Source: an uncultured bacterium (GTDB taxonomy: Bacteria > Hydrothermota > UBA3072). From it: a DNA stretch of 64,000 nucleotides. The stretch covers positions 4,826 through 68,825 of the forward strand of contig CAZKVT010000008.1 of the NCBI GenBank assembly GCA_964556365.1, given 5' to 3'. The notes below the pieces were generated by a model. That model saw only the letters and a list, made by a program, of their open reading frames with translations. It did no database searches and was not told the DNA's origin. The position numbers and the translations under genes are program-made. Positions 9,991 to 19,664 of the stretch are shown here, in pieces. How positions within the stretch are numbered: position 1 is the first letter of the stretch; every line of letters starts with the position of its first letter.

Positions 9991-10251
9991 CCTTCCTTGA
10001 AAATATATAAAATGAACCACATAAGTCAAGAGCCTTACACAACAATATATATTTGTCGCTGATCATAGGCAAAAAACAAGAAAGAAAAACTACAAGTCCT
10101 ACAAGTTCTACATGTGAATATTTTGGGTGGTGTTGGGGGAAAACAACATAAATTTTCCTTTGTGTCTTTGTGTGCTTTGTGTGAGAATATTTTTTGAATG
10201 GGGGGTGGGGAGGCTTGACATGCGCGAATATAAGATTAAAATTTAGGAAGA

Positions 10252-10959
10252 ATGAAAGGTGAACTAAAAGATAAAGAGGGTATCTCTTTAATATCTCACG
10301 AAATAAAAAATTCCATTGCCGGACTTAAGACCGGGATTGGAATGCTGCGGGATATGGGAACCGGCGATGTAAAGGAAATCAGCGACACTTTATTTGAAGA
10401 ATTGGAATATTTACAGGACATGACATTCGATGTCTTGAGTTTAACAGGGGCTCTTGATTTAAATTTAGAAAAGGTTAATATTAAAAAACTAAGCGAAGAA
10501 AGCGCGGAGTTGGTTATAGGCGATACAAACGGAATTGACTTTAACTTTAGCGATGATCTTCAGAAAGTTTTCTGCGATAGGAAACTTATAAAGTCTGTTT
10601 TAGTTAACCTGATTCATAACGCTTACGAAGAGGTCGGGAAAAAAGGAAAAATTGAAATAGGCGGAAAACGTGTCGAAAAAAATATGGTCGAAATATGGGT
10701 AAAGGATAATGGTTCCGGCATAAAGGGAGATATAAATTCCATTTTTAAGAATTTTAAGTCCAGAAAAAAAACAGGAACGGGAATAGGATTATCGATAGTA
10801 AAAAAAGTAGTTAATGAACATTTTGGTAAAATCAGCGTTGAAAGCGGCGACGGTAAAGGGACTAAATTTATTATTGAAATGCCATCGGATTTTCATTACG
10901 TTGAGAGGCGTTCCGGCAAAGAGCGTAGGGAAAGTAAAGGTAGACGTAAGGAGGATTAA
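10252..10959 (+). CDS. soluble histidine kinase (HisKA + HATPase_c, no sensor domain)
   Basis: 235 aa; H-box ISHEIKNSIAGL, N-box NLIHNAYEE, G-boxes DNGSGI and GTGIGLSIVKK; basic tail RRSGKERRESKGRRKED. Confidence 0.8.
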   Translation: MKGELKDKEGISLISHEIKNSIAGLKTGIGMLRDMGTGDVKEISDTLFEELEYLQDMTFDVLSLTGALDLNLEKVNIKKLSEESAELVIGDTNGIDFNFSDDLQKVFCDRKLIKSVLVNLIHNAYEEVGKKGKIEIGGKRVEKNMVEIWVKDNGSGIKGDINSIFKNFKSRKKTGTGIGLSIVKKVVNEHFGKISVESGDGKGTKFIIEMPSDFHYVERRSGKERRESKGRRKED

Positions 10960-11567
10960 TGATTTTAGTATTAGAAGACAATAAAGCATTACGCATAATT
11001 ATCAGAAAAGCTCTTGAAAAAGCAGGCTATACGGTCAAAACAGCTGAAAACGGTAAGGAAGGATTAAAAGCCTTAAAAGAAGAAACCCCAGATTTGATTA
11101 TATCTGATGTCATAATGCCTGAAATGGATGGATTCGAATTTCTTAAAAAGATTCGGAAAAAACACCCCCTCATACCTTTTACTTTTCTGACTGTTAAATC
11201 CGAATTTGACGATTATTCTAAAGGATATGAAATGGGAGCTACAGATTATTTAACAAAACCTTTTGATGTATATATTTTACTCGAAAGAGTCGAAAAGAGA
11301 ATAAAATCAGGTAAACTACTACGAGAAATAATTGAAAAAGGAAAAGATTCTGTGGACCTTAAAGAAATTCTGGCAGTCGATCTTATAAACAGTTTAAAAA
11401 TGCACAAAATCGATTGCAAGCTTATGATCGATACCCCTTCGGGAAAAGGGAAAGTCGAAATAAAAAAAGGAAAAATCAAGAAAAGCACTTTCGATAATAT
11501 AGAAGACCAAAATGCTCTTCCCAGAATAGCCGGTTTGAATAAAGGTAAAATTAAAATTGAGCGTTAA
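10959..11567 (+). CDS. response regulator, receiver domain plus DUF4388-like C-terminal domain
   Basis: 202 aa; receiver signature LVLEDN...DLIISDVIMPEMDGFEF...K; start overlaps the kinase stop (TAATG). Confidence 0.8.
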   Translation: MILVLEDNKALRIIIRKALEKAGYTVKTAENGKEGLKALKEETPDLIISDVIMPEMDGFEFLKKIRKKHPLIPFTFLTVKSEFDDYSKGYEMGATDYLTKPFDVYILLERVEKRIKSGKLLREIIEKGKDSVDLKEILAVDLINSLKMHKIDCKLMIDTPSGKGKVEIKKGKIKKSTFDNIEDQNALPRIAGLNKGKIKIER

Positions 11568-11648
11568 TTAAGTATTCCCTATATTTTTAACATAAAATAT
11601 CTGCTAAATAATGACCCTTATTAACACAATAACCCTGGTAACTATCTA

Positions 11649-12905
11649 ATGAATACAATCGCGATTGTAGGAAAACCAAACGTGGGAAAATCCACCCTTT
11701 TCAACCGAATACTAAAGCAAAAACGTGCTATTGTAGACAAACAACCCGGGGTAACAAGAGATAGAGTTTATGGTGTAACCGAAAGAGAAGGTAAACCTCT
11801 TATTTTAATCGACACGGGAGGGATTCGGTTTTCTGACGATCCGCTCGAAACTCAAATAATAGAACAGGTCAATTTTGCCCTGGATGAAGCTGATATCATC
11901 CTTTTATTGGTAGACGGAAGAGAAAATGTCTCCTCGCTCGATAGGAAAATCGCCGACCATATAAGAAAAGCCGAAGGGGAAAAAGCCCTTATCGTAAATA
12001 AAATGGATAAGGGAAAAGAATGGAATGTTTTAAATGAATTTAAAGAATTAATAATGGATGAAACTTTCCAAATCTCCGCTCAGCACGGAAACGGTGTCGA
12101 TAATCTTTTAGAATGGATCCTTTCAAATTGCGAAGAGGGAGAAATTGCAGAGGGAACCACAATAGGTATAATAGGGAAACCAAATACAGGAAAATCGACT
12201 TATGTTAACGCTATTATGGGATATGAACGTACAATTACAAAAGAAGAACCGGGAACCACAAGAGACAGCAGCCATTCATATCTTGATTATAACGAAAGAA
12301 CGATAATTCTGGTGGATACAGCCGGGCTTAAGAAAAAATCAAAATTAAAGGATTCTCTCGAGTATTATTCCTTCCTCCGCGCAATAAGAACCATAGAAGA
12401 ATCAGACATCGTTATCGTTTTAATCGATGCGTCAAAAAAAATCACAAGGCAGGATAAAAATATCATAAGATGGGCAATCGACAGGAAAAGACCTATAATA
12501 ATACTTCTTTCGAAATTCGATCTTATACCTGAGGAAAAAAAGAAAGAGATTATAAAGTATTATGATAAACAACTTTCCGTTTTTGATTGGATTCCCAAAT
12601 TGGCTATCTCTTCCCTGCGGAGAAAGGGTATCGGTGAATCTTTATCTTCGGCTCTCGAAGTTGTAGATAAGTTAGAAGACAAACACCCGGAGCTTGAAAC
12701 AATCGTCCGAAAAGCAATCGAGTATCGACCTCCTCCGGGCGCCAGGAAAAAAATAGTTTTGCATTCGGTTAAACAAGAGGGTAAAAATATTATTATAAAA
12801 ACAAACGAACAGAAAAGTTTTGATGAACAATACAAAAGATACCTTGAGAATAGAATAAGAAAGAAAATTGACTTCGAGGGAATCCCAATCTCGCTGAAGT
12901 TATAA
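11649..12905 (+). CDS. der: ribosome-biogenesis GTPase Der (EngA)
   Basis: 418 aa; two G domains (GKPNVGKST...DTGG and GKPNTGKST...DTAG) plus a KH-like C-terminus. Confidence 0.95.
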   Translation: MNTIAIVGKPNVGKSTLFNRILKQKRAIVDKQPGVTRDRVYGVTEREGKPLILIDTGGIRFSDDPLETQIIEQVNFALDEADIILLLVDGRENVSSLDRKIADHIRKAEGEKALIVNKMDKGKEWNVLNEFKELIMDETFQISAQHGNGVDNLLEWILSNCEEGEIAEGTTIGIIGKPNTGKSTYVNAIMGYERTITKEEPGTTRDSSHSYLDYNERTIILVDTAGLKKKSKLKDSLEYYSFLRAIRTIEESDIVIVLIDASKKITRQDKNIIRWAIDRKRPIIILLSKFDLIPEEKKKEIIKYYDKQLSVFDWIPKLAISSLRRKGIGESLSSALEVVDKLEDKHPELETIVRKAIEYRPPPGARKKIVLHSVKQEGKNIIIKTNEQKSFDEQYKRYLENRIRKKIDFEGIPISLKL

Positions 12906-12919
12906 AGGGGGTAACTTTT

Positions 12920-13498
12920 ATGTGGGAAGCATTAGCTTTCATCGGTTCTTATATTCTTGGAAGCATACCATTCGGTTTTGTTGTAGGAAAAGTTAAGGGA
13001 TATGATATCAGAAAAGAAGGAAGCGGAAATATCGGTTCCACCAACGTTTTTAGAGTGGCCGGAAAGAAAGAAGGCCTTTTCGTTTTTATCCTCGATTTTC
13101 TTAAAGGTTATCTTCCGGTACTTTACTTTACGGATATTTCAGTATTAGCCGGCATTCTTGCCCTGCTCGGAGCCATCGTCGGACACATGACAACACCTTT
13201 CCTTAAATTTAAGGGAGGAAAAGGAGTTGCAGCGGGTTTTGGAGGAATTATCGCGCTTATGCCCTTACCGGCAGCATTGGCTTTTGGGGTTTGGGTTTTA
13301 CTGGTCGGAATTACGAGAAGGGTATCTATCGGTTCTTTAGGGGCAGCGATCTCGCTACCCATCTTTTATTTTTATACCGGAGAACCTATGACTAAAATCG
13401 TTTTATATTTTTCTGTTTTAATTGCACTCCTGGTTATCATAACCCACAGGACCAATATAAGAAAACTTATTAGAGGAGAAGAAGAACCGATTTTTTAA
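12920..13498 (+). CDS. plsY: glycerol-3-phosphate acyltransferase PlsY
   Basis: 192 aa membrane protein; GSGNIGSTN and GGKGVA motifs; conserved der-plsY adjacency. Confidence 0.93.
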   Translation: MWEALAFIGSYILGSIPFGFVVGKVKGYDIRKEGSGNIGSTNVFRVAGKKEGLFVFILDFLKGYLPVLYFTDISVLAGILALLGAIVGHMTTPFLKFKGGKGVAAGFGGIIALMPLPAALAFGVWVLLVGITRRVSIGSLGAAISLPIFYFYTGEPMTKIVLYFSVLIALLVIITHRTNIRKLIRGEEEPIF

Positions 13499-13574
13499 AA
13501 TCGATCTTCCAATTTTAAAAATATAGAATTAATCAACTTTATATTTTTTTACATTTTTTATTATCTATAGACAA

Positions 13575-13624
13575 ATAATAAGTGGTCAGCTGAAAACCGT
13601 AACTATCAGCTGACCACTTATTAT
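13575..13624. terminator. bidirectional hairpin between convergent plsY and the T9SS-type gene
   Basis: Perfect 19-bp inverted repeat ATAATAAGTGGTCAGCTGA (13575-13593) / TCAGCTGACCACTTATTAT (13606-13624), 12-nt loop. Confidence 0.6.
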
Positions 13625-13641
13625 CATATTGGGGGTTTAAA

Positions 13642-15636
13642 TCAACGATACATTATAACAGTTTTTCTTGTCGCTATAAATTCATTTCCATTTGCCTGTA
13701 TTCTAACAAAATAAACCCCTTTTGGACTACCTTTCATATCAAATTCCTTCGAATAAAATCCAGCAGGCTTTTCTTCCGAAACGTCTTTGATTTTTTTACC
13801 GCTTATATCATATACAAACAGCTTTAAGGAAGCGTTTCTTGGAAGAGCATAATTAATTGTAAGTTTACTGCTCGGTATTACACCTTTAACATTAATAGCA
13901 TAACTCTTCGGTAATCCAATATTACCAATTGAAGAGACTGAAATCGAATCGATAGAAACAATAGAAAAAACTCCATCGCTTAAGTCCGACAGACTTCCGT
14001 CTAAATCCGCAATCCTCACCATGCAATTTTCCGAAGAAATACCGGCAGGAGTAAACCAATCAAAAGAACCATCATCTGCCGCGCTATCTGTAATAGTTAC
14101 CCAATTCGGCACCGAATCGCCTCCCGTCGAATCATAATATGCATCCAGCGTATATTCTATTTTGACCGTTCCGGATGTACCATAAGAATTCCATTCAACA
14201 TAATTAACGGTATCTGCATACCACGTCTCTCCGCCATTTGGTGAAGTTACTGTAATATATGGCTGTTCAGGAGTGCTATCAGCAGGAATAATGGAGAATA
14301 TATCATCACTTACATCCGATGGACTTCCGTCAACATCAATAATCCTCACCATGCAATTCTCCGAAGAAATACCGGCATGAGTAAACCACTCAAAGGAACC
14401 ATTATCTGCCGCGCTATCCGAAATCGTTACCCAATTCGTTACTGAATCGCCACCTGCTGAATCATAATACGCATTTGTTGTATATTCTATTTTTAATATT
14501 CCCGATGTGTTATAAGAATCCCATTCTATATAATTAGCGGTATCTGCATACCACGTCTCTCCGCCATTTGGTGAAGTTACTGTAATATATGGCACAAAAA
14601 CCGTATCGTGAGGAACAATGGAAAAAATATCACTTGCATCTTCCGGGCTTCCATCAACATCCGCAATCCTTACCATGCAATAATCCGAGGAAATATCCGG
14701 AGGGGTTAACCAGGCAAAATTTCCAGTATCTGACGCACTATCTGCAATTGTTATCCAATTAATCGAATCACCGATAGAATCGTATATATTGGGACTATAT
14801 TCTATTTTTACGGCCCCCGAAGTTCCGGAAGAACTCCAGATGATATAATTAACGGTATCCGCATACCATGTACCTCCACCACTCGGGGATGTTATTCTCA
14901 TATAAGGCTCCGGAACTGTATCACGAGGTACAATAGAGAAAACTCCATCGCTAACATCCGTCGGGTTTCCATCAACATCCGCAATCCTTACCATGCAATA
15001 ATGCGAGGAAATATCCGGAGGGGTCATCCATGCAAAAGAACCATTATCTACCACGCTATCCGTAATCGTTACCCAATTCGGCACCGAATCACCTCCGGTA
15101 GAATCATAATACGCATTTGTCGTGTATTCTATTTTAACCATTCCGGATATGTTATAAGAATCCCATTCGATATAATTAACAGTATCCGCATAATACGTTT
15201 CTCCACCATTTGGCGTCACTATATTAATATAAGAAGAATCCGGCGAAGACGAATCGGATACAATAGAAAACACTCTATCACTTACATCAGAAGCCCACCC
15301 ATATAAGGCAGACACCCTCACCAAACAATAATCCGAAGGCGTATCCGGAATTTTCCAGGAATAAGAACCATCATTCCTTGTTCGCTTGGTTAAAGATTCC
15401 CATGTAGAATCGTTATCGGTCGAATATTCTATTTTCACATATTTTATCCAACCTATAGACTTCCAGGTAATATTGTAGGTAGAATCAACACACCAAGCTT
15501 CTCCACCATTCGGGGACGCCACCTTAATTCTTGGGAATCGACTCCAATACAAGCTTTGAGAACCAGAAGATTCAATATCCTGACCCAATACAGCAAAAGA
15601 GAAAAAAAACAACAACAATACAAACTTTTTACTCAT
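13642..15636 (-). CDS. secreted repeat protein with T9SS-type C-terminal sorting domain
   Basis: 664 aa; signal peptide MSKKFVLLLFFFSFAVLG. Five tandem repeats (I.(I/V)(T/A)(T/S)P(N/S)GGE(T/A)(W/Y)...(Y/N)C(M/L)VR(I/V)..(D/G)...DVSD..FSI(V/I)). Last ~90 aa end in GVYFVRIQANGNEFIATRKTVIMYR. GGAGG RBS. Confidence 0.75.
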   Translation of the reverse strand: MSKKFVLLLFFFSFAVLGQDIESSGSQSLYWSRFPRIKVASPNGGEAWCVDSTYNITWKSIGWIKYVKIEYSTDNDSTWESLTKRTRNDGSYSWKIPDTPSDYCLVRVSALYGWASDVSDRVFSIVSDSSSPDSSYINIVTPNGGETYYADTVNYIEWDSYNISGMVKIEYTTNAYYDSTGGDSVPNWVTITDSVVDNGSFAWMTPPDISSHYCMVRIADVDGNPTDVSDGVFSIVPRDTVPEPYMRITSPSGGGTWYADTVNYIIWSSSGTSGAVKIEYSPNIYDSIGDSINWITIADSASDTGNFAWLTPPDISSDYCMVRIADVDGSPEDASDIFSIVPHDTVFVPYITVTSPNGGETWYADTANYIEWDSYNTSGILKIEYTTNAYYDSAGGDSVTNWVTISDSAADNGSFEWFTHAGISSENCMVRIIDVDGSPSDVSDDIFSIIPADSTPEQPYITVTSPNGGETWYADTVNYVEWNSYGTSGTVKIEYTLDAYYDSTGGDSVPNWVTITDSAADDGSFDWFTPAGISSENCMVRIADLDGSLSDLSDGVFSIVSIDSISVSSIGNIGLPKSYAINVKGVIPSSKLTINYALPRNASLKLFVYDISGKKIKDVSEEKPAGFYSKEFDMKGSPKGVYFVRIQANGNEFIATRKTVIMYR
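13957..15530 (-). repeat. five tandem coding repeats of ~100-110 aa (DNA period ~330 nt for the last two)
   Basis: e.g. CCGCCATTTGGTGAAGTTACTGTAATATATGGC recurs at ~14233 and ~14563; protein repeats 4 and 5 are near-identical. Confidence 0.85.
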
Positions 15637-15729
15637 TCCGCCTCCTTTTTTCTTTAGATGCCAAACCCCGCAATCAACTCCAATTAAAATTTATACCAAA
15701 AATAAACAAAGTACTTTGTTATAAAAAGT

Positions 15730-15758
15730 ATAATATACATTTTTCCAAATTTGTCAAG
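15730..15758 (-). promoter_or_regulatory. sigma-70-type promoter of the T9SS-type gene
   Basis: Minus strand cccTTGACA (15758-15753), 17-nt spacer, TATTAT (15735-15730). Confidence 0.55.
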
Positions 15759-16039
15759 GGTATAATTCCGATAATTTGAAAAAAATATCCTTTTTAAGCT
15801 GTTCTTTCAATAAACACAAAGAAATAATCGATAACAATAAAACTATAATACCCACCTTGTCTCCTTTTCTATAAATTAGACGATTAAATCTCTAATTAGT
15901 TCCAAAAAAATATGAATATTTTGGAATTTTACAATAATTTAATTGTTAATCATATGAATTTTAATAAATTTTATTGTTTTTAAATGTCAAATTTCTTAAA
16001 TTAATCAATTGGTCAATTCTCTAAATGATTTTTAAAAAG

Positions 16040-16315
16040 TTAGTAGTTGGAAATCAGCAAAGGATTAGTAGACAAACAGGAAGTCGAGCGAGGATTAAGG
16101 TTTAGTTGAAAAGCGAAGAAGAAAACCAAGGATTAAGAAAAAACACTTACCTCTTAATCCATAATCCCTGAGTTGTTAACCTGCATTGCTTCTAATCCTA
16201 TTACATTCTGTATGCGCTTTGAGATTCCATTTTATTTTTGACTTTGGGCATTGGACAAAAGACTTTGGACGATAATAATCTTATGTTCTCTGTGGTAAAG
16301 TTTTTTGGGATGGGT
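16040..16315. repeat. interspersed mosaic element (colinear with reverse complement of 43920-44125)
   Basis: Shares 34/36 nt (16050-16085 vs 44088-44123 rc), AGGATTAGAAG..GCAGGTTA, GGATTAAG/CTTAATCC, TTACCACAGAG and a GGAC(A/T)TT heptamer block. Confidence 0.8.
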
Positions 16316-17925
16316 TAGATTTTTCTCTCAATCAAAAAAGTCAAAACAAAACACAACAAAGCTATTATAAGAAAAAGTGAAGACCCGTTCGAAAGTCCGC
16401 TTCCCCCGAAAATATATTGCAGTTCATCATCAGATAAACTCTCTAGTTCAGATTCGGACGGATGATTGTTTACCGCTATCAATCCAATAGTTTTGTTGCC
16501 GGCAACTATTTTGTATATTCCGCACTCTTTTGTTTGCTTGAATATATAATTATCGTTACCCATTTCGAGCGGATAACATTTTTTCCCCGTTGGAGAAATC
16601 ATTTCAGGTTTAAAGGAACTTGTTATCGTTACAGGTTCATCCAATAAAATATTTTTATATATCGATTGTTCCGATAAATACTCGATTAAATTAAAAAGAA
16701 AAGGAATAAAAATAGGGTAAAGAGATAAATCATTTTCTTCCGGAGAAAAAGGCAGTATTAAATGATTCTCTAATTTACTTATAAATGGATTTCCGTTTTT
16801 AAAATATATTAATGTTTCACCTCTAGTTATTAGGGAATTATAACTTATGGGGATTTGGCTAAGCGCTTTTAAATCGGAAAAATCCTTTAAAAAAGATTCG
16901 TTAACAATAGTGGAAATCCTGTTCGGAATTTTGTTCGAGATAGAAGTATTTTCTGATTCCCCCAAACATATTATACCGGAATTTGGGCTATCCAGCAAAT
17001 CCCGCAATTGTTTCTGTTCCGCGTTTAAGGAAATAAATAAATCTTCTTTTATTCCGGAAATTTCCCTTACCCATTTAACATTGAAATACGAAGGTGAAAG
17101 CGCGGCTGTAAGTCGTTCCGGATATTTATCAGACAGTATGCAAACATCCTGTCTGGATTTTACATTAACCGCGAAATAGTACGTATTGTCGAAATCGAAA
17201 CCTTTTCCATCCTCCAGTTCAAGTGATAGTGAATGCAAACCTTTTTTCAGGGATAAACTGAAATCCAGTGTATTTTTTCCGTCTGTCAATATTGTGTTAT
17301 CTTCTGCAATAACAGTTTCATCAGATTTGAATGTAAATTTAGTTTTCCTCTTTTCCTGGTATTCATTTAAAACAGTAAAACTAACACTGAAATTCTCTTC
17401 TTCGAAACTCGGACCACTCACAGCATCGATTACCGCGAAATTACCTTCCGGAAAAGATGTCTTTTTTATTTCTATACCGTAAAAGCTCTTTTTTTCTCTT
17501 ATTATTTCGGCAAAGGCATTTCTTTGTGCATCCGTGATTAAAATCCCAACGGGGTTTCTTTCAAAATATGAAGAAAATTCGGGAATACCGGATTGCATTG
17601 GAACTATAAACCCATCTTTATCCTTGCCCGCTGTTTTCTCCATAGAAGGCGAATTATCAAGTATTATAGATTTTCCGGGATCAAAAAAGGAAAAAGGTAT
17701 TTTTAGATTTACCGCGGACAAAATCAAGAATACAAGAAGACTGATACGCGCTATTAAAAGCAGTAATCTCTTTAATCTAAACCATTTCATAAGCCTCACT
17801 TCATTCTTCACAATAAAAAGTAACGACGGAAAATCTATTTTTTTAAGTCGTCTACTCGATAAAAGGTGTATTATTATCGGTACCGCAATAAGCGGTAAAA
17901 GAATAAGAAATGAAGGAAAACTCAC
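16315..17925 (-). CDS. BatA-type N-terminal double-transmembrane domain protein
   Basis: 536 aa; N-terminus FLILLPLIAVPIIIHLLSSRRLKKIDFPSLLFI followed by a second TM, typical of Bat/aerotolerance-operon membrane proteins; C-terminal TM. Confidence 0.6.
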   Translation of the reverse strand: MSFPSFLILLPLIAVPIIIHLLSSRRLKKIDFPSLLFIVKNEVRLMKWFRLKRLLLLIARISLLVFLILSAVNLKIPFSFFDPGKSIILDNSPSMEKTAGKDKDGFIVPMQSGIPEFSSYFERNPVGILITDAQRNAFAEIIREKKSFYGIEIKKTSFPEGNFAVIDAVSGPSFEEENFSVSFTVLNEYQEKRKTKFTFKSDETVIAEDNTILTDGKNTLDFSLSLKKGLHSLSLELEDGKGFDFDNTYYFAVNVKSRQDVCILSDKYPERLTAALSPSYFNVKWVREISGIKEDLFISLNAEQKQLRDLLDSPNSGIICLGESENTSISNKIPNRISTIVNESFLKDFSDLKALSQIPISYNSLITRGETLIYFKNGNPFISKLENHLILPFSPEENDLSLYPIFIPFLFNLIEYLSEQSIYKNILLDEPVTITSSFKPEMISPTGKKCYPLEMGNDNYIFKQTKECGIYKIVAGNKTIGLIAVNNHPSESELESLSDDELQYIFGGSGLSNGSSLFLIIALLCFVLTFLIERKI

Positions 17926-18800
17926 GGTAAATGTTTCCGTTTCTCAAGATATTTTGTTAAAGCTTTATCATAAGGCGTATCGGTAATAATTCCGGAATAA
18001 TCAATACGTTTAGCAGCAAATTCAGTTTTATATTTTAAAATAAATTCCTCAAATTTATCTTTATATAAACTTCTTATATTTTTAGGATCCGTAAAAATAC
18101 TTATTCTATCCTCCATATCCCGGAATAAAGCCTCGGTACGATATGTTAAATTTAGTTCTTTTCTGTCTAAAATTTGAAAAACAATTACTTCGTGTTTTTT
18201 TGCCTTCATAACACTTATATTTTTGGTTACCTTATCGGGATCTTCCAATAAATCTGAAAATATTATAAAAAGACTTCTTTTTTTTATTAAAGGCAGAAGT
18301 TCAAATACGGAGTCGGAAACAGAAGTCTTTCCTGATGGTTCCTTTTTACTCAAAGTTGAGAACAAATGTTTCAGGTGATTCATACGACATCTAGCCGGAA
18401 TAAATGATTCTATCCTGGAATCGAAAAGAACCAATCCCACCGAATCATTTTGTTTTAACAGCAAATAAGCAATAGAAGCAGCGAGTGTCCGCGCGTAATG
18501 AAATTTAGAAATATTTTCTCCGAATCTCATGGAATTGCTTTTATCGAGCAATATATACGCCGATAAATTTGTTTCTGCCTGGTATTTCTTTAGATAAAAA
18601 CGCTCGGTCCGCGCGTATAATTTCCAATTAATTTTATTGATTGGATCACCCTGATAATAGGGACGGTGTTGCTTGAATTCCAGAGAAAAACCATGATAGG
18701 GACTTTCATGTAAACCGGTTAAGAACCCTTTAACAATTATTTGAGCCCTGAGGTTCAGGGTTCTTATTTTTTCTAAAACTTCAGGTTTTAAAAGTTCCAA
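17922..18800 (-). CDS. DUF58 family protein (MoxR/Bat-associated, vWA-like)
   Basis: 292 aa; G.H.S...G.S.EF...R.Y..GD....I.WK..AR pattern (GLHESPYHGFSLEFKQHRPYYQGDPINKINWKLYART); overlaps the next gene by 4 nt. Confidence 0.75.
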   Translation of the reverse strand: MELLKPEVLEKIRTLNLRAQIIVKGFLTGLHESPYHGFSLEFKQHRPYYQGDPINKINWKLYARTERFYLKKYQAETNLSAYILLDKSNSMRFGENISKFHYARTLAASIAYLLLKQNDSVGLVLFDSRIESFIPARCRMNHLKHLFSTLSKKEPSGKTSVSDSVFELLPLIKKRSLFIIFSDLLEDPDKVTKNISVMKAKKHEVIVFQILDRKELNLTYRTEALFRDMEDRISIFTDPKNIRSLYKDKFEEFILKYKTEFAAKRIDYSGIITDTPYDKALTKYLEKRKHLP

Positions 18801-18814
18801 AAACTTTAAGGTGA

Positions 18815-19324
18815 TTATTCAAGCACTATTATTCTTACTTTCTCTCCTTCTTTCATTGTAAGAGGCTTTCCTTTATCATCAAAACTTATTAAAGCGAATT
18901 TCCTTGCTACTGTGTCTTTTTTTTCAGGGGTCGTAACGTAATACCCCACACTTATTTCTCCGGGATTACCACTTTTTTCAGAATGATAGCCGTTAGTATC
19001 TACACTTTCAGTTTGAGACGGAACATCATACAGAAACTTACTCAAATCATACATAGTCATTTTAGTTTTCGTATACGGGTTTTCCGGAACTTTGAGAGCT
19101 TCAATGTTATTGTATATATCTTCTAATGAAAAGGGAATCTCCCCACCATTAAAAGCTCTATATCTTTCTATAGCTGCTTTTACAGTAAACATATTAGAAT
19201 GTAATTCTCTTTCTTTTGTTGCTATTTTTATTTGTCCATACTGTGGTTCAATCAAAATGAACAACAAACTAAAAAAAGCAATAATTATAAGTATATCAAG
19301 AAGTCTTAATACAGATCTATTCAT
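18815..19324 (-). CDS. membrane-anchored protein with degenerate type IV pilin-like N-terminal helix
   Basis: 169 aa; RLLDILIIIAFFSLLFILIEPQY resembles a pilin alpha-1 helix but lacks the G/FTLIE cleavage motif; GGAGG RBS. Confidence 0.3.
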   Translation of the reverse strand: MNRSVLRLLDILIIIAFFSLLFILIEPQYGQIKIATKERELHSNMFTVKAAIERYRAFNGGEIPFSLEDIYNNIEALKVPENPYTKTKMTMYDLSKFLYDVPSQTESVDTNGYHSEKSGNPGEISVGYYVTTPEKKDTVARKFALISFDDKGKPLTMKEGEKVRIIVLE

Positions 19325-19664
19325 TTAACTAACCTCCCTTTTATATGTTTTAAGAATAATTAAGATTTAGATTCTGTCAAGGGGATTCTTACTGCTGTTT
19401 TTACAAAACCCACTGCCTCATTTAAACTAAATAAAAGTCTATTTTTCTGTTTTATTTTCCGGTACACAAACAAAAAAAGACAAATACTTGACAAAATTAA
19501 TTATGCACTTATGGTTAAAAGTAAAGGAAAACGCTCCTTCACACTGTTCGGGAGAAAAAGCAATTGAATTATTCAAAAAAGCATGGGGAGACAATTTTAT
19601 TGAATCAGGTTGCGGAGTAAAAATAAAGATTTCGCTAGATAACAAGAATAATTAAGGGGGTTAA

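Noticed and set aside
9804-10022. 72-aa ORF on the minus strand
   Set aside because: It is read straight through tRNA-Leu and the GGGATT repeat module.
15531-15779. 82-aa ORF in the long 15.6-16.3 kb spacer
   Set aside because: It overlaps the promoter and 5' end of the T9SS-type gene, with no RBS and a Lys/Phe-rich AT-driven translation.
19439-19655. 68-aa minus-strand ORF and a 50-codon plus-strand ORF (19503..19655, MHLWLKVKENAPSHCSGEKAIELFKKAWGDNFIESGCGVKIKISLDNKNN) upstream of mrp
   Set aside because: The plus ORF's only ATG sits 11 nt after a TTGACA box and has no RBS. The minus ORF has no signals. The region is more likely a ~150-nt leader. Kept only as a note, because the two Cys next to an Fe-S carrier gene are suggestive.
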